This document shows, one piece after another, positions 1 to 9,069 of a DNA stretch of 64,000 nucleotides. The stretch's first letter is position 1; each line of letters begins with the position of its first letter. The DNA comes from an uncultured Acidobacteriota bacterium (GTDB lineage Bacteria; Acidobacteriota; Thermoanaerobaculia; Gp7-AA8): assembly GCA_963822445.1 (NCBI GenBank), contig CAWGHO010000001.1, positions 1,120,001 to 1,184,000 on the forward strand, in the 5' to 3' direction. The position numbers and the translations under genes were made by a program. The notes beneath the pieces are model-generated. The model was not told where the DNA came from, made no database searches, and was given only the letters and a program-made list of their open reading frames with translations.

Positions 1-504
1 CTTCTCGAGGATGTGCGCCGACTCGTCGAGGCGGCGGATGCCTTCCATGATCACGCTGGAGGTGTTGATCTGGAGGACGATCCTCTCCTGGGCCAGCTCC
101 TCGTTCGAGTTGTAGAACGCGAACTCGCCGGCCTTCCAGCCGAAGAGCGAGTAGATGATCTCCAGGACCTGGTTCTTGACGCCCCACCAGAGGTCTTTCG
201 GGGAGATGGCGCCCATCTGCACGAGCAGCTTGCCGTGGCGGACCTGCGGGGTGACGCGGCGCTTCGACTCCTCGTACTGCTCGCGCGTGATCTTGCCGTT
301 GCGCAGCAGGAACTGGCCGAGGGAGTGCTCGGGGGAGTTCGAGCTGGCGAAGACGATCTCCCCTTCCTTCCAGTGGATCGTCCGCTCGAGCTCCCCGTTC
401 TGCAGCTGGAGCTTGCCCGTCTCACGGATCATGGCCATGAAACTCAAGACGTCGGGCAACTGAATCTTCTTCAGATCCCCCTGAAGGATGGCTTTATCAG
501 GCAT
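1..504 (-). CDS. DUF4388 (PatA-N-like) domain protein, 3' end outside window
   Basis: Manual translation from ATG at 504: MPDKAILQGDLKKIQLPDVLSFMAMIRETGKLQL...IHWKEGEIVFASSN...LGQFLLRNGKIT...IYSLFGWKAGEFAF...VIMEGIRRLDE. Open to position 1 and not in the ORF track. Confidence 0.8.
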   Translation of the reverse strand, partial: MPDKAILQGDLKKIQLPDVLSFMAMIRETGKLQLQNGELERTIHWKEGEIVFASSNSPEHSLGQFLLRNGKITREQYEESKRRVTPQVRHGKLLVQMGAISPKDLWWGVKNQVLEIIYSLFGWKAGEFAFYNSNEELAQERIVLQINTSSVIMEGIRRLDESAHILEK

Positions 505-565
505 TTCGGACCAGTCGGTCACAACAATGCCATCGGAACCGGGTCGGGGCAAGAAGGATTTCTTG

Positions 566-603
566 GGGGTTACGGGGTTGCGGGGTTACGAGGTTGCGGG
601 GTT
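566..603. repeat. Octamer tandem repeat (GGGGTTRC) x~4.7, overlapping the cysteine desulfurase stop codon
   Basis: ggggttac ggggttgc ggggttac gaggttgc ggggtt; same unit as at 25301-25388. Confidence 0.85.
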
Positions 604-1710
604 CATTCGGCAGCGCGGCACCACTTCCGCCAGCAGTTCGAGCGCTCGACCGATCTCCGCTTCCGTCGTCATTCGCGAGAGTGAGAATCGGACGGTCGCG
701 CGGGCTTCGTCCGGGGTCAGGCCCATGGCGATGAGCACCGGACTGGGTTCGACGCGCCCTGACGAACACGCCGAGCCGGTCGAGACGGCGACGCCGGCGA
801 GGTCGAGGCCGATGACGATGCCTTCACCGTCGGCATCGGGGAAAGTCACGTTGCTCGTGTTCGGGACGCGGCGGGCGTCGCGGCCGTTGATCGTGCCCGG
901 CACCTGCGACTCGAACCGGTCGCGCAAAGCGGCAACCCGCGAACGCGGCTCGGGATCGGCGGCCAGCGTCGCGGCGACTCCGAATGCTGCCGCGAGGGGC
1001 ACGTTCTCCGTGCCCGCGCGGCGCCGGCGCTCCTGCGCACCGCCCAGCAGATGCGACGACAGCGGGAGGCCTTTGCGGACGTACAACGCCCCGATGCCTT
1101 TCGGCGCATGCATCTTGTGCGCTGAAAGCGACAACGTGTCACAGTGGATCGACGCGACATCGACGTCGATCTTCCCCGCAGCCTGTACGGCATCGACATG
1201 AAAGTGAATGCCACGGCTGCGACAGGCGGCGCCGATCTCCTGGACCGGCTGCACGACGCCGGTCTCGTTGTTGGCCATCATCACCGCGACCAGCGCCGTG
1301 TTCTCGCGCAACGCCGCGATGACGTCCGACGCCGCGACGTCGCCGCGCCGTGAAGGCAGGATGCGCGTGACCTCGCAGCCTCGCTTCTCCAGCTCGCGAA
1401 CAGGCTCAGCAACAGAGGGATGCTCGATGGCCGTTGTCACGATGTGGAAACCATGACCCGCGGTGGACGCTCCAAAAATGGATGCGTTGTTAGACTCGGT
1501 TCCGCCGCTTGTGAACACGATCTCCCGTGCGGTCGCGCCGATCAGACGCGCGACCGCCTCGCGAGCGTCTTCAATGAGGCGGCGGGCAGTCTGGCCTTCT
1601 TTATGAATCGAGGACGCATTCCCAAAGACGTCGCGCAGAGACTCTTCCAGAACGAGGAGAACCTCCGGGTGGATCGGCGTCGTGGCGTTGTTGTCGAGAT
1701 AAATCCGCAT
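586..1710 (-). CDS. Cysteine desulfurase (IscS/NifS family, class V aminotransferase)
   Basis: IYLDNNATT, FTSGGTESNN, HVDAVQ, SAHK (PLP lysine) and STGSACSS (catalytic Cys) motifs. Confidence 0.95.
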   Translation of the reverse strand: MRIYLDNNATTPIHPEVLLVLEESLRDVFGNASSIHKEGQTARRLIEDAREAVARLIGATAREIVFTSGGTESNNASIFGASTAGHGFHIVTTAIEHPSVAEPVRELEKRGCEVTRILPSRRGDVAASDVIAALRENTALVAVMMANNETGVVQPVQEIGAACRSRGIHFHVDAVQAAGKIDVDVASIHCDTLSLSAHKMHAPKGIGALYVRKGLPLSSHLLGGAQERRRRAGTENVPLAAAFGVAATLAADPEPRSRVAALRDRFESQVPGTINGRDARRVPNTSNVTFPDADGEGIVIGLDLAGVAVSTGSACSSGRVEPSPVLIAMGLTPDEARATVRFSLSRMTTEAEIGRALELLAEVVPRCRMNPATS

Positions 1711-1724
1711 CGGTCAGGACACTC

Positions 1725-4352
1725 ATGAAGCGCATCGCGTTGGCTGTCGCAATGACGCTCGCGTACGCGGCGACCATTCTCGGTCAGAACCCGCCCGCCG
1801 CGCGCGATCCGAAACAGGACGAGGCAAAGAGCGAGACGCTGCGCAAGCTTTCCCGCCGCGAGCGCAAGGCCCGCATCAGCAAACTGGAGATCCGCTTCCA
1901 GGACTTTCTCACCGACGTCGAGCCGATCGCCCCTTCGTCGGAGATCGACGCTTTCCTGGCGCTGGAGAGCGACGCCCAGCGCGACTCGTTCGTCGACGAC
2001 TTCTGGCGCCGCCGCGAAGCATTGCAGGGCGTCCCGAACCAGTCGTTCCGCGACGTGTACTACCAGCGGCTCGACATCGCCAAGGAGCAGTTCAAGCGGA
2101 TCAATACCGACCGGGCGAAGATGTTTCTCATTCACGGCCCGCCGGCGAACGTCCTCAGGACCGACTGCCAGCGCCTCCTCCAGCCCTCGGAGATCTGGAC
2201 GTATCCGGAGATCAAGGGCCTGGGCACGAGCGTGAAGCTGCTCTTCTACAAGCCTCGCAATGAAGCGGAGTACAAGCTCTGGAATCCGCTCGGCGGATCG
2301 ATGGCCCTCAACGATCTGGTCACCCAGGAAGTGGCCGGGATGGGCGGCGCGGGCGATGCCGCATCGCGACGCACTTCGATTGGCTCGGGCAGTCCGTACA
2401 ACTACGTCAGCCGCATCCAGCTCGAATGCATCGCCGGCGCCGAGATTTTGAAGGCCCTCACCCAGATGGTGCAGGGGCGCGTCGATCTCCTGAAGGTGTT
2501 CGAGCCAACGCGCGGCGAAACCACTGACACCGCGCGCCTGCTGCGGTCCGCGGTCATCACCAATCCCGACGCGCCGAAGCTCACCGCCGACTTCAGCGTC
2601 CGCTTTCCCGCCAAGGACGGCAGCCGGACCGACGTGCAGATGATGCTGCTCGTGCCGCGCTCCGAGCTCTCGCCGGCCGAAGTGAACGGCACGGAGATCT
2701 ACACGATCGACGTCGCCGGCGAGGTGTTGAAGGAAGGGAAGCTCTGGGAGAAGTACCGCTACCGCTTCGACTTCCCCACGGACATGAAAGGCGATCATCT
2801 CCCGATCGTGATCGACCGCCTGCTGCGGCCGAACAGCTACACCTCGCGCATCAAGGTCGTCGACGCGAACGGCGGCGCGGAAGTCATCGTCGAGCGCGAG
2901 CTGGAAGTGCCGGAGATCTTCGTTCCGGAGTCCGCGGAAGCAATCGCGGAGACGAAAGCCACGGAGGCCAAACCCGTTGAGCCGGTGGCTCAACCGATCG
3001 AAGTACCGGTTCGATCCGCGAGCTTGCGCCTCATTCCGCCGCCGGAAGGCATCGTCAGCGGGATCAAGGCCTTCGAGACGCTCATCGAAGGCGACGAGAT
3101 CAAAGGCGTGGAGTTCTGGCTCGACGGCCGGAAGATCGCCGTCCGCCGCTCCGCCCCTTTCGCCGTCGACCTCGACCTCGGCGAAGTCCCGCAGATGCGC
3201 CGCATCCGCGCGGTCGGCATCGACGCGGCCGGTAAGGCCATCGCCGGCGACGACATCCGCGTCAACACCGGCACGGAGCCGTTTCGCGTACGCATCACTT
3301 CCCCTCGCATCGCGCCGCATGTCGTCGGACCGACGCGCGTGGAAATGGATGTGAGCGTTCCGGACAGCGAGGAGCTGGCGTCGCTCGAGCTGTACTGGAA
3401 CGAGCGACGGGTCGCCACGATGTACGACGCGCCGTTCGTGCAGACCATCGACATTCCTTCGACCGACGGCGTCGGCTATCTGCGGGCCGTGGCCACGCTC
3501 AAAGGCGACACGCTGCCGCCGATCGAAGACGTGGTCATGATCAACACGCCCGCGTACATGGAGGAGCTCGACGTCCATCTCATCGAGCTCCCGACCACGG
3601 TCCTCGTCGGCGGCAAGCCCACCAGCCATCTCACCGAAAAGGACTTCAAGGTCCTCGAGGACGGCAAGCCGGTGACGATCGCGAAGTTCGAGTACGTGAA
3701 GAACCTTCCCCTGTCGATCGGCATGGCCGTGGACACGTCGGGCTCGATGCAGTTCCGGATGGAAGAAGCGCAGAAAGCCGGCGCGACGTTCTTCCAGAAG
3801 GTGCTGAAGAAAGGCGACAAGGCCTTCCTCCTCGCGTTCGACGAAAAGCCGGAGATGGTGCAGCGCTGGTCGAGCAAGCTCGCCGACATGCACGCCGGCC
3901 TGGCGAAGCTGCGCTCGCAGGAAACCACCGCGCTGTACGACGCGATCGTGGAGTCGCTCTACAACTTCCAGAGCGTGCGCGGGCAGAAGGCGCTGGTCCT
4001 GATCTCGGACGGCAAGGACACCGCGTCGAAGTACACCTTCGATCAGGCCCTCGAATACGCGCGCCGGGCCGCGGTGCCGATTTACGCGATCGGCGTCGCC
4101 ATCCGCAGCAACGACCTCGATGTGCGGCAGAAGCTGTCGAAGCTGTGCTCCGAAACGGGCGGAACGGTCTACCACATCGAGCGCGCCGCGGATCTCGATC
4201 GGATCTACGACGACATCCAGACCGAGCTCCGCTCCCAATACATCCTCGGCTTCTATCCAACCATCGACGAGAAGAGCAGGAACAAGTGGCGCGAGGTGGA
4301 CGTGAAGGTGTCGGAAGGCAAGGCCAGGACGCTCAGGGGTTACTACCCATGA
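1725..4352 (+). CDS. Secreted GWxTD-like / Ig-like / VWA domain protein (paralog 1)
   Basis: Signal peptide; FVDDFWRRR...TDRAKMFLIHGPP (GWxTD-like); VEFWLDG...APF Ig-like repeats; DTSGSM MIDAS motif, TALYDAI, LISDG, ELRSQYILGF (acidobacterial VWA). Confidence 0.85.
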   Translation: MKRIALAVAMTLAYAATILGQNPPAARDPKQDEAKSETLRKLSRRERKARISKLEIRFQDFLTDVEPIAPSSEIDAFLALESDAQRDSFVDDFWRRREALQGVPNQSFRDVYYQRLDIAKEQFKRINTDRAKMFLIHGPPANVLRTDCQRLLQPSEIWTYPEIKGLGTSVKLLFYKPRNEAEYKLWNPLGGSMALNDLVTQEVAGMGGAGDAASRRTSIGSGSPYNYVSRIQLECIAGAEILKALTQMVQGRVDLLKVFEPTRGETTDTARLLRSAVITNPDAPKLTADFSVRFPAKDGSRTDVQMMLLVPRSELSPAEVNGTEIYTIDVAGEVLKEGKLWEKYRYRFDFPTDMKGDHLPIVIDRLLRPNSYTSRIKVVDANGGAEVIVERELEVPEIFVPESAEAIAETKATEAKPVEPVAQPIEVPVRSASLRLIPPPEGIVSGIKAFETLIEGDEIKGVEFWLDGRKIAVRRSAPFAVDLDLGEVPQMRRIRAVGIDAAGKAIAGDDIRVNTGTEPFRVRITSPRIAPHVVGPTRVEMDVSVPDSEELASLELYWNERRVATMYDAPFVQTIDIPSTDGVGYLRAVATLKGDTLPPIEDVVMINTPAYMEELDVHLIELPTTVLVGGKPTSHLTEKDFKVLEDGKPVTIAKFEYVKNLPLSIGMAVDTSGSMQFRMEEAQKAGATFFQKVLKKGDKAFLLAFDEKPEMVQRWSSKLADMHAGLAKLRSQETTALYDAIVESLYNFQSVRGQKALVLISDGKDTASKYTFDQALEYARRAAVPIYAIGVAIRSNDLDVRQKLSKLCSETGGTVYHIERAADLDRIYDDIQTELRSQYILGFYPTIDEKSRNKWREVDVKVSEGKARTLRGYYP

Positions 4353-6853
4353 AACGCGCGCTTCTTTTCGCACTCGCGCTTCTCACCGCCGCCCCCCTCC
4401 TCGCCGACGAGCCGAAGCCGCTCTCGCGCCGCGAGCGGAAAGACAAGGTCGCCGAGCTCAAGGACGCGTATCGCCAGTTCCTGATCGAGGTCGAGCCGAT
4501 CATCACCACCGCCGAGCGCGATACCTTCCTCCGCCTCGACACCGACCCCCAGCGCGAGACGTTCATCTCCGATTTCTGGCGCCGCCGCGACATCGCCGCC
4601 GGCACGACCAACGATTCCTACCGCAAGGAGTACTACGTCCGCCTCGAGGTCGTGAAAAACGACTTCGGCCAGATCTCGTCGGACCGCGGGAAGATGTATC
4701 TCGTCCACGGCGAGCCGGCGCAGATCGTCACCGTCACCAATTGCACGAACGTTCTCCAACCCGTTCAGGTCTGGGGATATCCCTATCTGCAGGGCTTCGG
4801 CCGCGACGTGCTGATCCTCTTCTACATCCCGCGGAATCAGCGCGATTACAAGTTGTGGCGGCCGATCCACGGCACCGGCATCGACGAGCTTCGTTCCGGC
4901 GATCTGATGCGCCGGAGTGCCGACGGTGATGGGGTGTCGTCGCAGGCGATTCTGCGGGACTGCCGCGACGGCGAGTTCATCCTCGCCGCGTTGAACCAGA
5001 TGAGTCAGAACGAGAGCAAGATTCTGCGGATCTTCGAGCCGCCGCCGATGAACGAGGAGGACGTCGATCGCATCCTCCGCTCGGTCGTGCTGACCGATCC
5101 GAAAGCGCCGAAGCTCACCGCGCAGGCAACGGTGGTGTATCCCTCCGGCGACGGAACCAAAACGGATGCGCAGATCCAGATCATCGTTCCCCGCGCACAA
5201 CTGAAGACGACCACCGCCGGCACCTCCTCGGTCTACACGATCGACGTCGTCGGCGAAGTGCTCCGCGACGAGAAGATGTGGGAGCGCTATCGCTATCGCT
5301 TCGATTTCCCCGGCGATATTCAGGACGAGAACCTGCCCATCGTCATCGATCGCATGCTCCGCCCGGCGACGTACAAGTCGCGGGTGAAGCTCACCGATCC
5401 GGTGACCGGCGCGCAGATCGTCCTGGAGAACGATCTCGTCGTTCCGGAAGTGGCGAAGGCCCAGACCGCCGAAGGCACGACGCTGAAGACCATCGCCGAG
5501 GATCTGCAGTCGACGCGGGCCACGCTGAAGATCATGCCCATCAACGAGGGGGTCGTCAGCGGCCTGCAGACCATCAACACGATGATCAGCGGCAGCGGCA
5601 TCAAGGCCGTCGAGTTCTGGCTCGATGGAAAGAAAGTCGCCACACGACGCGCGCCGCCGTACACGCTCGATCTCGACTTCGGCACAGTTCCGAGAGCACG
5701 CCGCATCCGCGTCGTCGCGCTCGACGCGCATGATCAGCTCATCACCGGCGACGAAGTCGTGGTCAACACCGGGAACGATCCGTTCCGCGTCCGCATCGTC
5801 TCGCCGCGTGTTGCGCCGAAACTCAGCGGACCGACCCGCGTCGAGGTGGAAGTCCGCGTTCCGGACGGCAAGCAGCTCGGAGCGGTCGAGCTGTACTGGA
5901 ACGAGCAGCGCGTGGCCACGATGTACGACCCGCCATTCGTGCAGACCGTGCACATTCCGTCGAAGGATGGCGTCGGCTACCTCCGCGCCGTGGCGATGCT
6001 GAAGGAAGAAGGCGTCGATCCGAGCGAGGACGTGGTCCTGGTCAATGCGCCCGACTACATGGAGACAGTGAACGTCCATCTGGTCGAGCTGCCGACGACG
6101 GTGCTGCGCGACGGCAAGCCGGTGCAGGGTCTGACCGAAACGGCCTTCAAGGTGCTCGACGAAGGGCAGCCGGTGAAGATCTCGAAGTTCGAGCATGTGA
6201 AAGACCTTTCGCTCTCCATCGGCATGGCCGTCGACACCTCGGGCTCGATGGAAGACAAGATGGCCGAAGCCCGGAACGCCGGCGCGGCGTTCTTCCAGAA
6301 TGTGTTGCGGAAGACGGACAAGGCGTTCGTGGTCGCGTTCGATTCACAGCCGCACCTGGTGCAGAAGTGGTCGAACGACATGTCGCAGATCCACTCCGGT
6401 CTGGCCAAGCTTCGCCCCGAGCAATCGACGGCTCTGTTCGACGCGATCGTCTACTCGCTCTACAACTTCCAGGGCGTGAAGGGGCAGAAAGCGCTGGTGC
6501 TTCTGACGGACGGCCGCGACACCGCCTCGAAATTCACCTTCCAGCAGGCCCTCGAGTACGCGCAGCGCGCCGCGGTGCCGATTTACGCGATCGCTCTCGG
6601 CATCCGCACGGCGGATCTCGATGCGCGCTCGAAGCTCAACAAGATCACCGCGGAGACCGGCGGCTCGGTGTACTACATCGAGACCGCCGACCAGTTGCAG
6701 AAGATCTACGACGACATCCAGAACGAGCTCCGCTCGCAGTACGTGCTGGGTTTCTACCCCGCGCCGGAAGTGAAAGCGGGCAGCAACTGGCGGCAGGTGA
6801 CGGTGCAGGTGGCCGAGGGGAAGGCGAAGACGATTCGGGGGTACTTCCCCTAA
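4349..6853 (+). CDS. Secreted GWxTD-like / Ig-like / VWA domain protein (paralog 2)
   Basis: ATG at 4349 overlaps the upstream TGA (ATGA); MKRALLFALALL signal peptide; SDRGKMYLVHGEP, DTSGSM, LLTDG; collinear with paralog 1. Confidence 0.85.
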   Translation: MKRALLFALALLTAAPLLADEPKPLSRRERKDKVAELKDAYRQFLIEVEPIITTAERDTFLRLDTDPQRETFISDFWRRRDIAAGTTNDSYRKEYYVRLEVVKNDFGQISSDRGKMYLVHGEPAQIVTVTNCTNVLQPVQVWGYPYLQGFGRDVLILFYIPRNQRDYKLWRPIHGTGIDELRSGDLMRRSADGDGVSSQAILRDCRDGEFILAALNQMSQNESKILRIFEPPPMNEEDVDRILRSVVLTDPKAPKLTAQATVVYPSGDGTKTDAQIQIIVPRAQLKTTTAGTSSVYTIDVVGEVLRDEKMWERYRYRFDFPGDIQDENLPIVIDRMLRPATYKSRVKLTDPVTGAQIVLENDLVVPEVAKAQTAEGTTLKTIAEDLQSTRATLKIMPINEGVVSGLQTINTMISGSGIKAVEFWLDGKKVATRRAPPYTLDLDFGTVPRARRIRVVALDAHDQLITGDEVVVNTGNDPFRVRIVSPRVAPKLSGPTRVEVEVRVPDGKQLGAVELYWNEQRVATMYDPPFVQTVHIPSKDGVGYLRAVAMLKEEGVDPSEDVVLVNAPDYMETVNVHLVELPTTVLRDGKPVQGLTETAFKVLDEGQPVKISKFEHVKDLSLSIGMAVDTSGSMEDKMAEARNAGAAFFQNVLRKTDKAFVVAFDSQPHLVQKWSNDMSQIHSGLAKLRPEQSTALFDAIVYSLYNFQGVKGQKALVLLTDGRDTASKFTFQQALEYAQRAAVPIYAIALGIRTADLDARSKLNKITAETGGSVYYIETADQLQKIYDDIQNELRSQYVLGFYPAPEVKAGSNWRQVTVQVAEGKAKTIRGYFP

Positions 6854-7788
6854 CTCGCACCTGCTTTTCGTTCCTGAGCCGCTTTTTCCCGTTCCGCGGC
6901 CCGCTCCTCGCGACGCCGGTTCGCATCTTCCTTCAGACGCAGAGCAATGGCACGGCCGGTATCGGTCGTGGCCAATCCGCCTTCCGCCGTCTCGCGCAGG
7001 CCGCGCGGCAGTGATCGTCCGATGCGCACCATCGCTTCGACGATTTCGTCCATCGGAATGACTGACTCCACGCCCGCCAGCGCGAGCTGAGCGGCGGTAA
7101 GTCCGTGCACGGCGAACAGCGCATTGCGTTTGACGCACGGCACTTCGACGAGGCCGCCGACCGGGTCGCAGACCAGGCCGAGGGTGTTCTTGAGGGCCAT
7201 GGCCGCGGCGTGGATCGCTTGTTTCGTGTTGCCGCCCATCATGTAGGCGACGCCTGCGGCGCCCATCGCCGAGGCGACGCCGACTTCGTTCTGGCAGCCG
7301 CCCGCGGCGCCGGAGATGTTCGCGGAGAGGGCAATGATCGATCCGACTCCACCGGCGACGACGAGTGCGCGAACGGTCTTTTCCGGATCGACGTGGCGCT
7401 CTTCCTCGAGCGCGAGCAGCATCCCGGGAACGACTCCGCCCGCCCCCGCCGTCGGCGCGGCTACGATGACGCCCATGCGGGAGTTCTCTCCCATCACCGC
7501 CAGCGCGTAAATCTCGGCTTTCACGGTGAGCGGATCGAGAAAAACCCGCCCTTCGACCAGAGCCTGATGCAGGAGCCGCGCTTCATTGCCGACCAGCCGC
7601 CCCATCGACTCGCCGCCGCTCTGCGTTCCGCGCTCCACACAGTCGCGCATGACCGCCCGGCGTTTGCGGAGCGCCTCCACGATCTGCTCGCCAGGAATCG
7701 CATGCTCCTGCTCGTCGGCCTCGAGGAAGACGTCGGCGAGGTCACGGTCAGCGGCGAGTTGTTCGAGTTGTTTGAAGGATTCGATCAT
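6850..7788 (-). CDS. sdaAA: L-serine dehydratase, iron-sulfur-dependent, alpha subunit
   Basis: IVAAPTAGAGG, GGCQNEVG and LGLVCDPVGGLVEVPCVKRN motifs. Confidence 0.95.
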   Translation of the reverse strand: MIESFKQLEQLAADRDLADVFLEADEQEHAIPGEQIVEALRKRRAVMRDCVERGTQSGGESMGRLVGNEARLLHQALVEGRVFLDPLTVKAEIYALAVMGENSRMGVIVAAPTAGAGGVVPGMLLALEEERHVDPEKTVRALVVAGGVGSIIALSANISGAAGGCQNEVGVASAMGAAGVAYMMGGNTKQAIHAAAMALKNTLGLVCDPVGGLVEVPCVKRNALFAVHGLTAAQLALAGVESVIPMDEIVEAMVRIGRSLPRGLRETAEGGLATTDTGRAIALRLKEDANRRREERAAEREKAAQERKAGAS

Positions 7789-7798
7789 CGGTTTCTCA

Positions 7799-7911
7799 AG
7801 TTTATCCCGCGCGAAGACGCGGGATCTCTACGTGCACGAACGAGCGCCGTGCAACAGGCTATTTCGTCGCGGTATGACCGGGAGATCCCGCGTCTGCGCG
7901 CGGGATAAACT
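7799..7911. repeat. REPIN/MITE-like element with 30-bp inverted arms (copy 1)
   Basis: AGTTTATCCCGCGCGAAGACGCGGGATCTC at 7799-7828 and its reverse complement (1 mismatch) at 7882-7911; second copy at 61707-61813. Confidence 0.9.
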
Positions 7912-7919
7912 GGAGAACC

Positions 7920-8603
7920 TCACGGAATCCGATCCAGATACCGCGCGTCCGCCACATCCTCCATCGAGCAGACCCGCTTCAGCGCGGCGTCGGAGATCGG
8001 GGAGTCGACGTCGATCTGCATGAAGGCGTCCTTGCCCCGCTGTTTGCGCGAGCAGTAAAGCGAGGCGATGTTGATGCCTTCCTCGGCGATGATCTTCGTG
8101 ACCTCGGAGATCATCCCCGGGCGGTCGCGGTAGAACAGCAGCAGCGTCGGCGAATCGCCTTTGAAACGGGTCTGGAAGCCGTTGATCTTGAAGACCTCGA
8201 TCACTCCGCCGCCGATCGACGAGCCCATGATCTCCGCCTCGCGGTTCGGGCCTTTGATCTCGATGCGCACCGTGTTCGGGTGCACTTCGCCGAGGTCCTC
8301 GTCGGAAAAGGTGATGTTGACGTCCATCTGCTCGGCGATGCGGATCGCCTCGGGGATCCGGGGGTCGTCGACATTCAGGCCGATCGAGCCGCCGACCAGG
8401 GCGAAGTCCGATCCATGGCCGCGATAGGTCGCGGCGAGCGGCGGATGGAGGAAAAAGTGAACGTCCACCGGGTCTTCGTTGAGGATCTCCCGGGCCACCC
8501 GGCCCAGGCGCGCGGTCCCCGCGGTATGGGAGCTCGACGGTCCCACCATCACCGGTCCCATGACGTCCAGAATGCTCACTTTTCGATCGTGTCGAACGGC
8601 CAT
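7920..8603 (-). CDS. sdaAB: L-serine dehydratase beta subunit with ACT domain
   Basis: GPVMVGPSSSHTAG, TYRGHGSD, HPNT, SIGGG; C-terminal DRPGMI ACT domain. Confidence 0.95.
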   Translation of the reverse strand: MAVRHDRKVSILDVMGPVMVGPSSSHTAGTARLGRVAREILNEDPVDVHFFLHPPLAATYRGHGSDFALVGGSIGLNVDDPRIPEAIRIAEQMDVNITFSDEDLGEVHPNTVRIEIKGPNREAEIMGSSIGGGVIEVFKINGFQTRFKGDSPTLLLFYRDRPGMISEVTKIIAEEGINIASLYCSRKQRGKDAFMQIDVDSPISDAALKRVCSMEDVADARYLDRIP

Positions 8604-8668
8604 TTGCGCAGTCTAATCCCCGTCCCTTTACACGTACTGCAACAAGCTTCTACACTCCCAGCCCGTCC

Positions 8669-9040
8669 ATGTCCCCACGGCCGCTCATCCTCGTCGTCGA
8701 TGACGATGTTCCGATTCTGGTGCTCATGCGCAATCTTTTGCGCGAGTTCGGATTCGACGCGCTGACCGCCGGCAGCGGTCCGGAGGCCATCGAGCAGGCC
8801 CGTGCGCACAATCCGAGCCTGATCCTGCTCGACCGCAACATGCCCGGCATGAGCGGCGACGAAGTCCTCAAGGAACTGCGCTCGGATGGCGGGTCGGGCG
8901 TGCCCGTGCTCATCCTCAGCGGCGAGCCGATCGAGCCGGATGAGGTCAAGCGCATCGGCGCGACCGCGGCGGTGCTCAAGCCCTTCGACGTGCCCGCCCT
9001 CGTGCAGACGATCCGCTCGTACACCGCACCGTCGTCCTGA
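8669..9040 (+). CDS. Single-domain response regulator (CheY-like)
   Basis: ILVVDDD, LLDRNMPGMSG, ILSG and KPF motifs; TTTACA...TACACT promoter-like sequence upstream. Confidence 0.9.
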   Translation: MSPRPLILVVDDDVPILVLMRNLLREFGFDALTAGSGPEAIEQARAHNPSLILLDRNMPGMSGDEVLKELRSDGGSGVPVLILSGEPIEPDEVKRIGATAAVLKPFDVPALVQTIRSYTAPSS

Positions 9041-9069
9041 CACCAGTTTTGCTACAGTCCCGCCTCGCC

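Noticed and set aside
7799-7911. CRISPR mini-array (arm resembles the type I-E repeat GTTTATCCCCGC...GCGGGGAACTC)
   Set aside because: The two arms are inverted rather than direct, there are only two per locus, and no cas genes are in the window; it fits a REPIN/MITE better.
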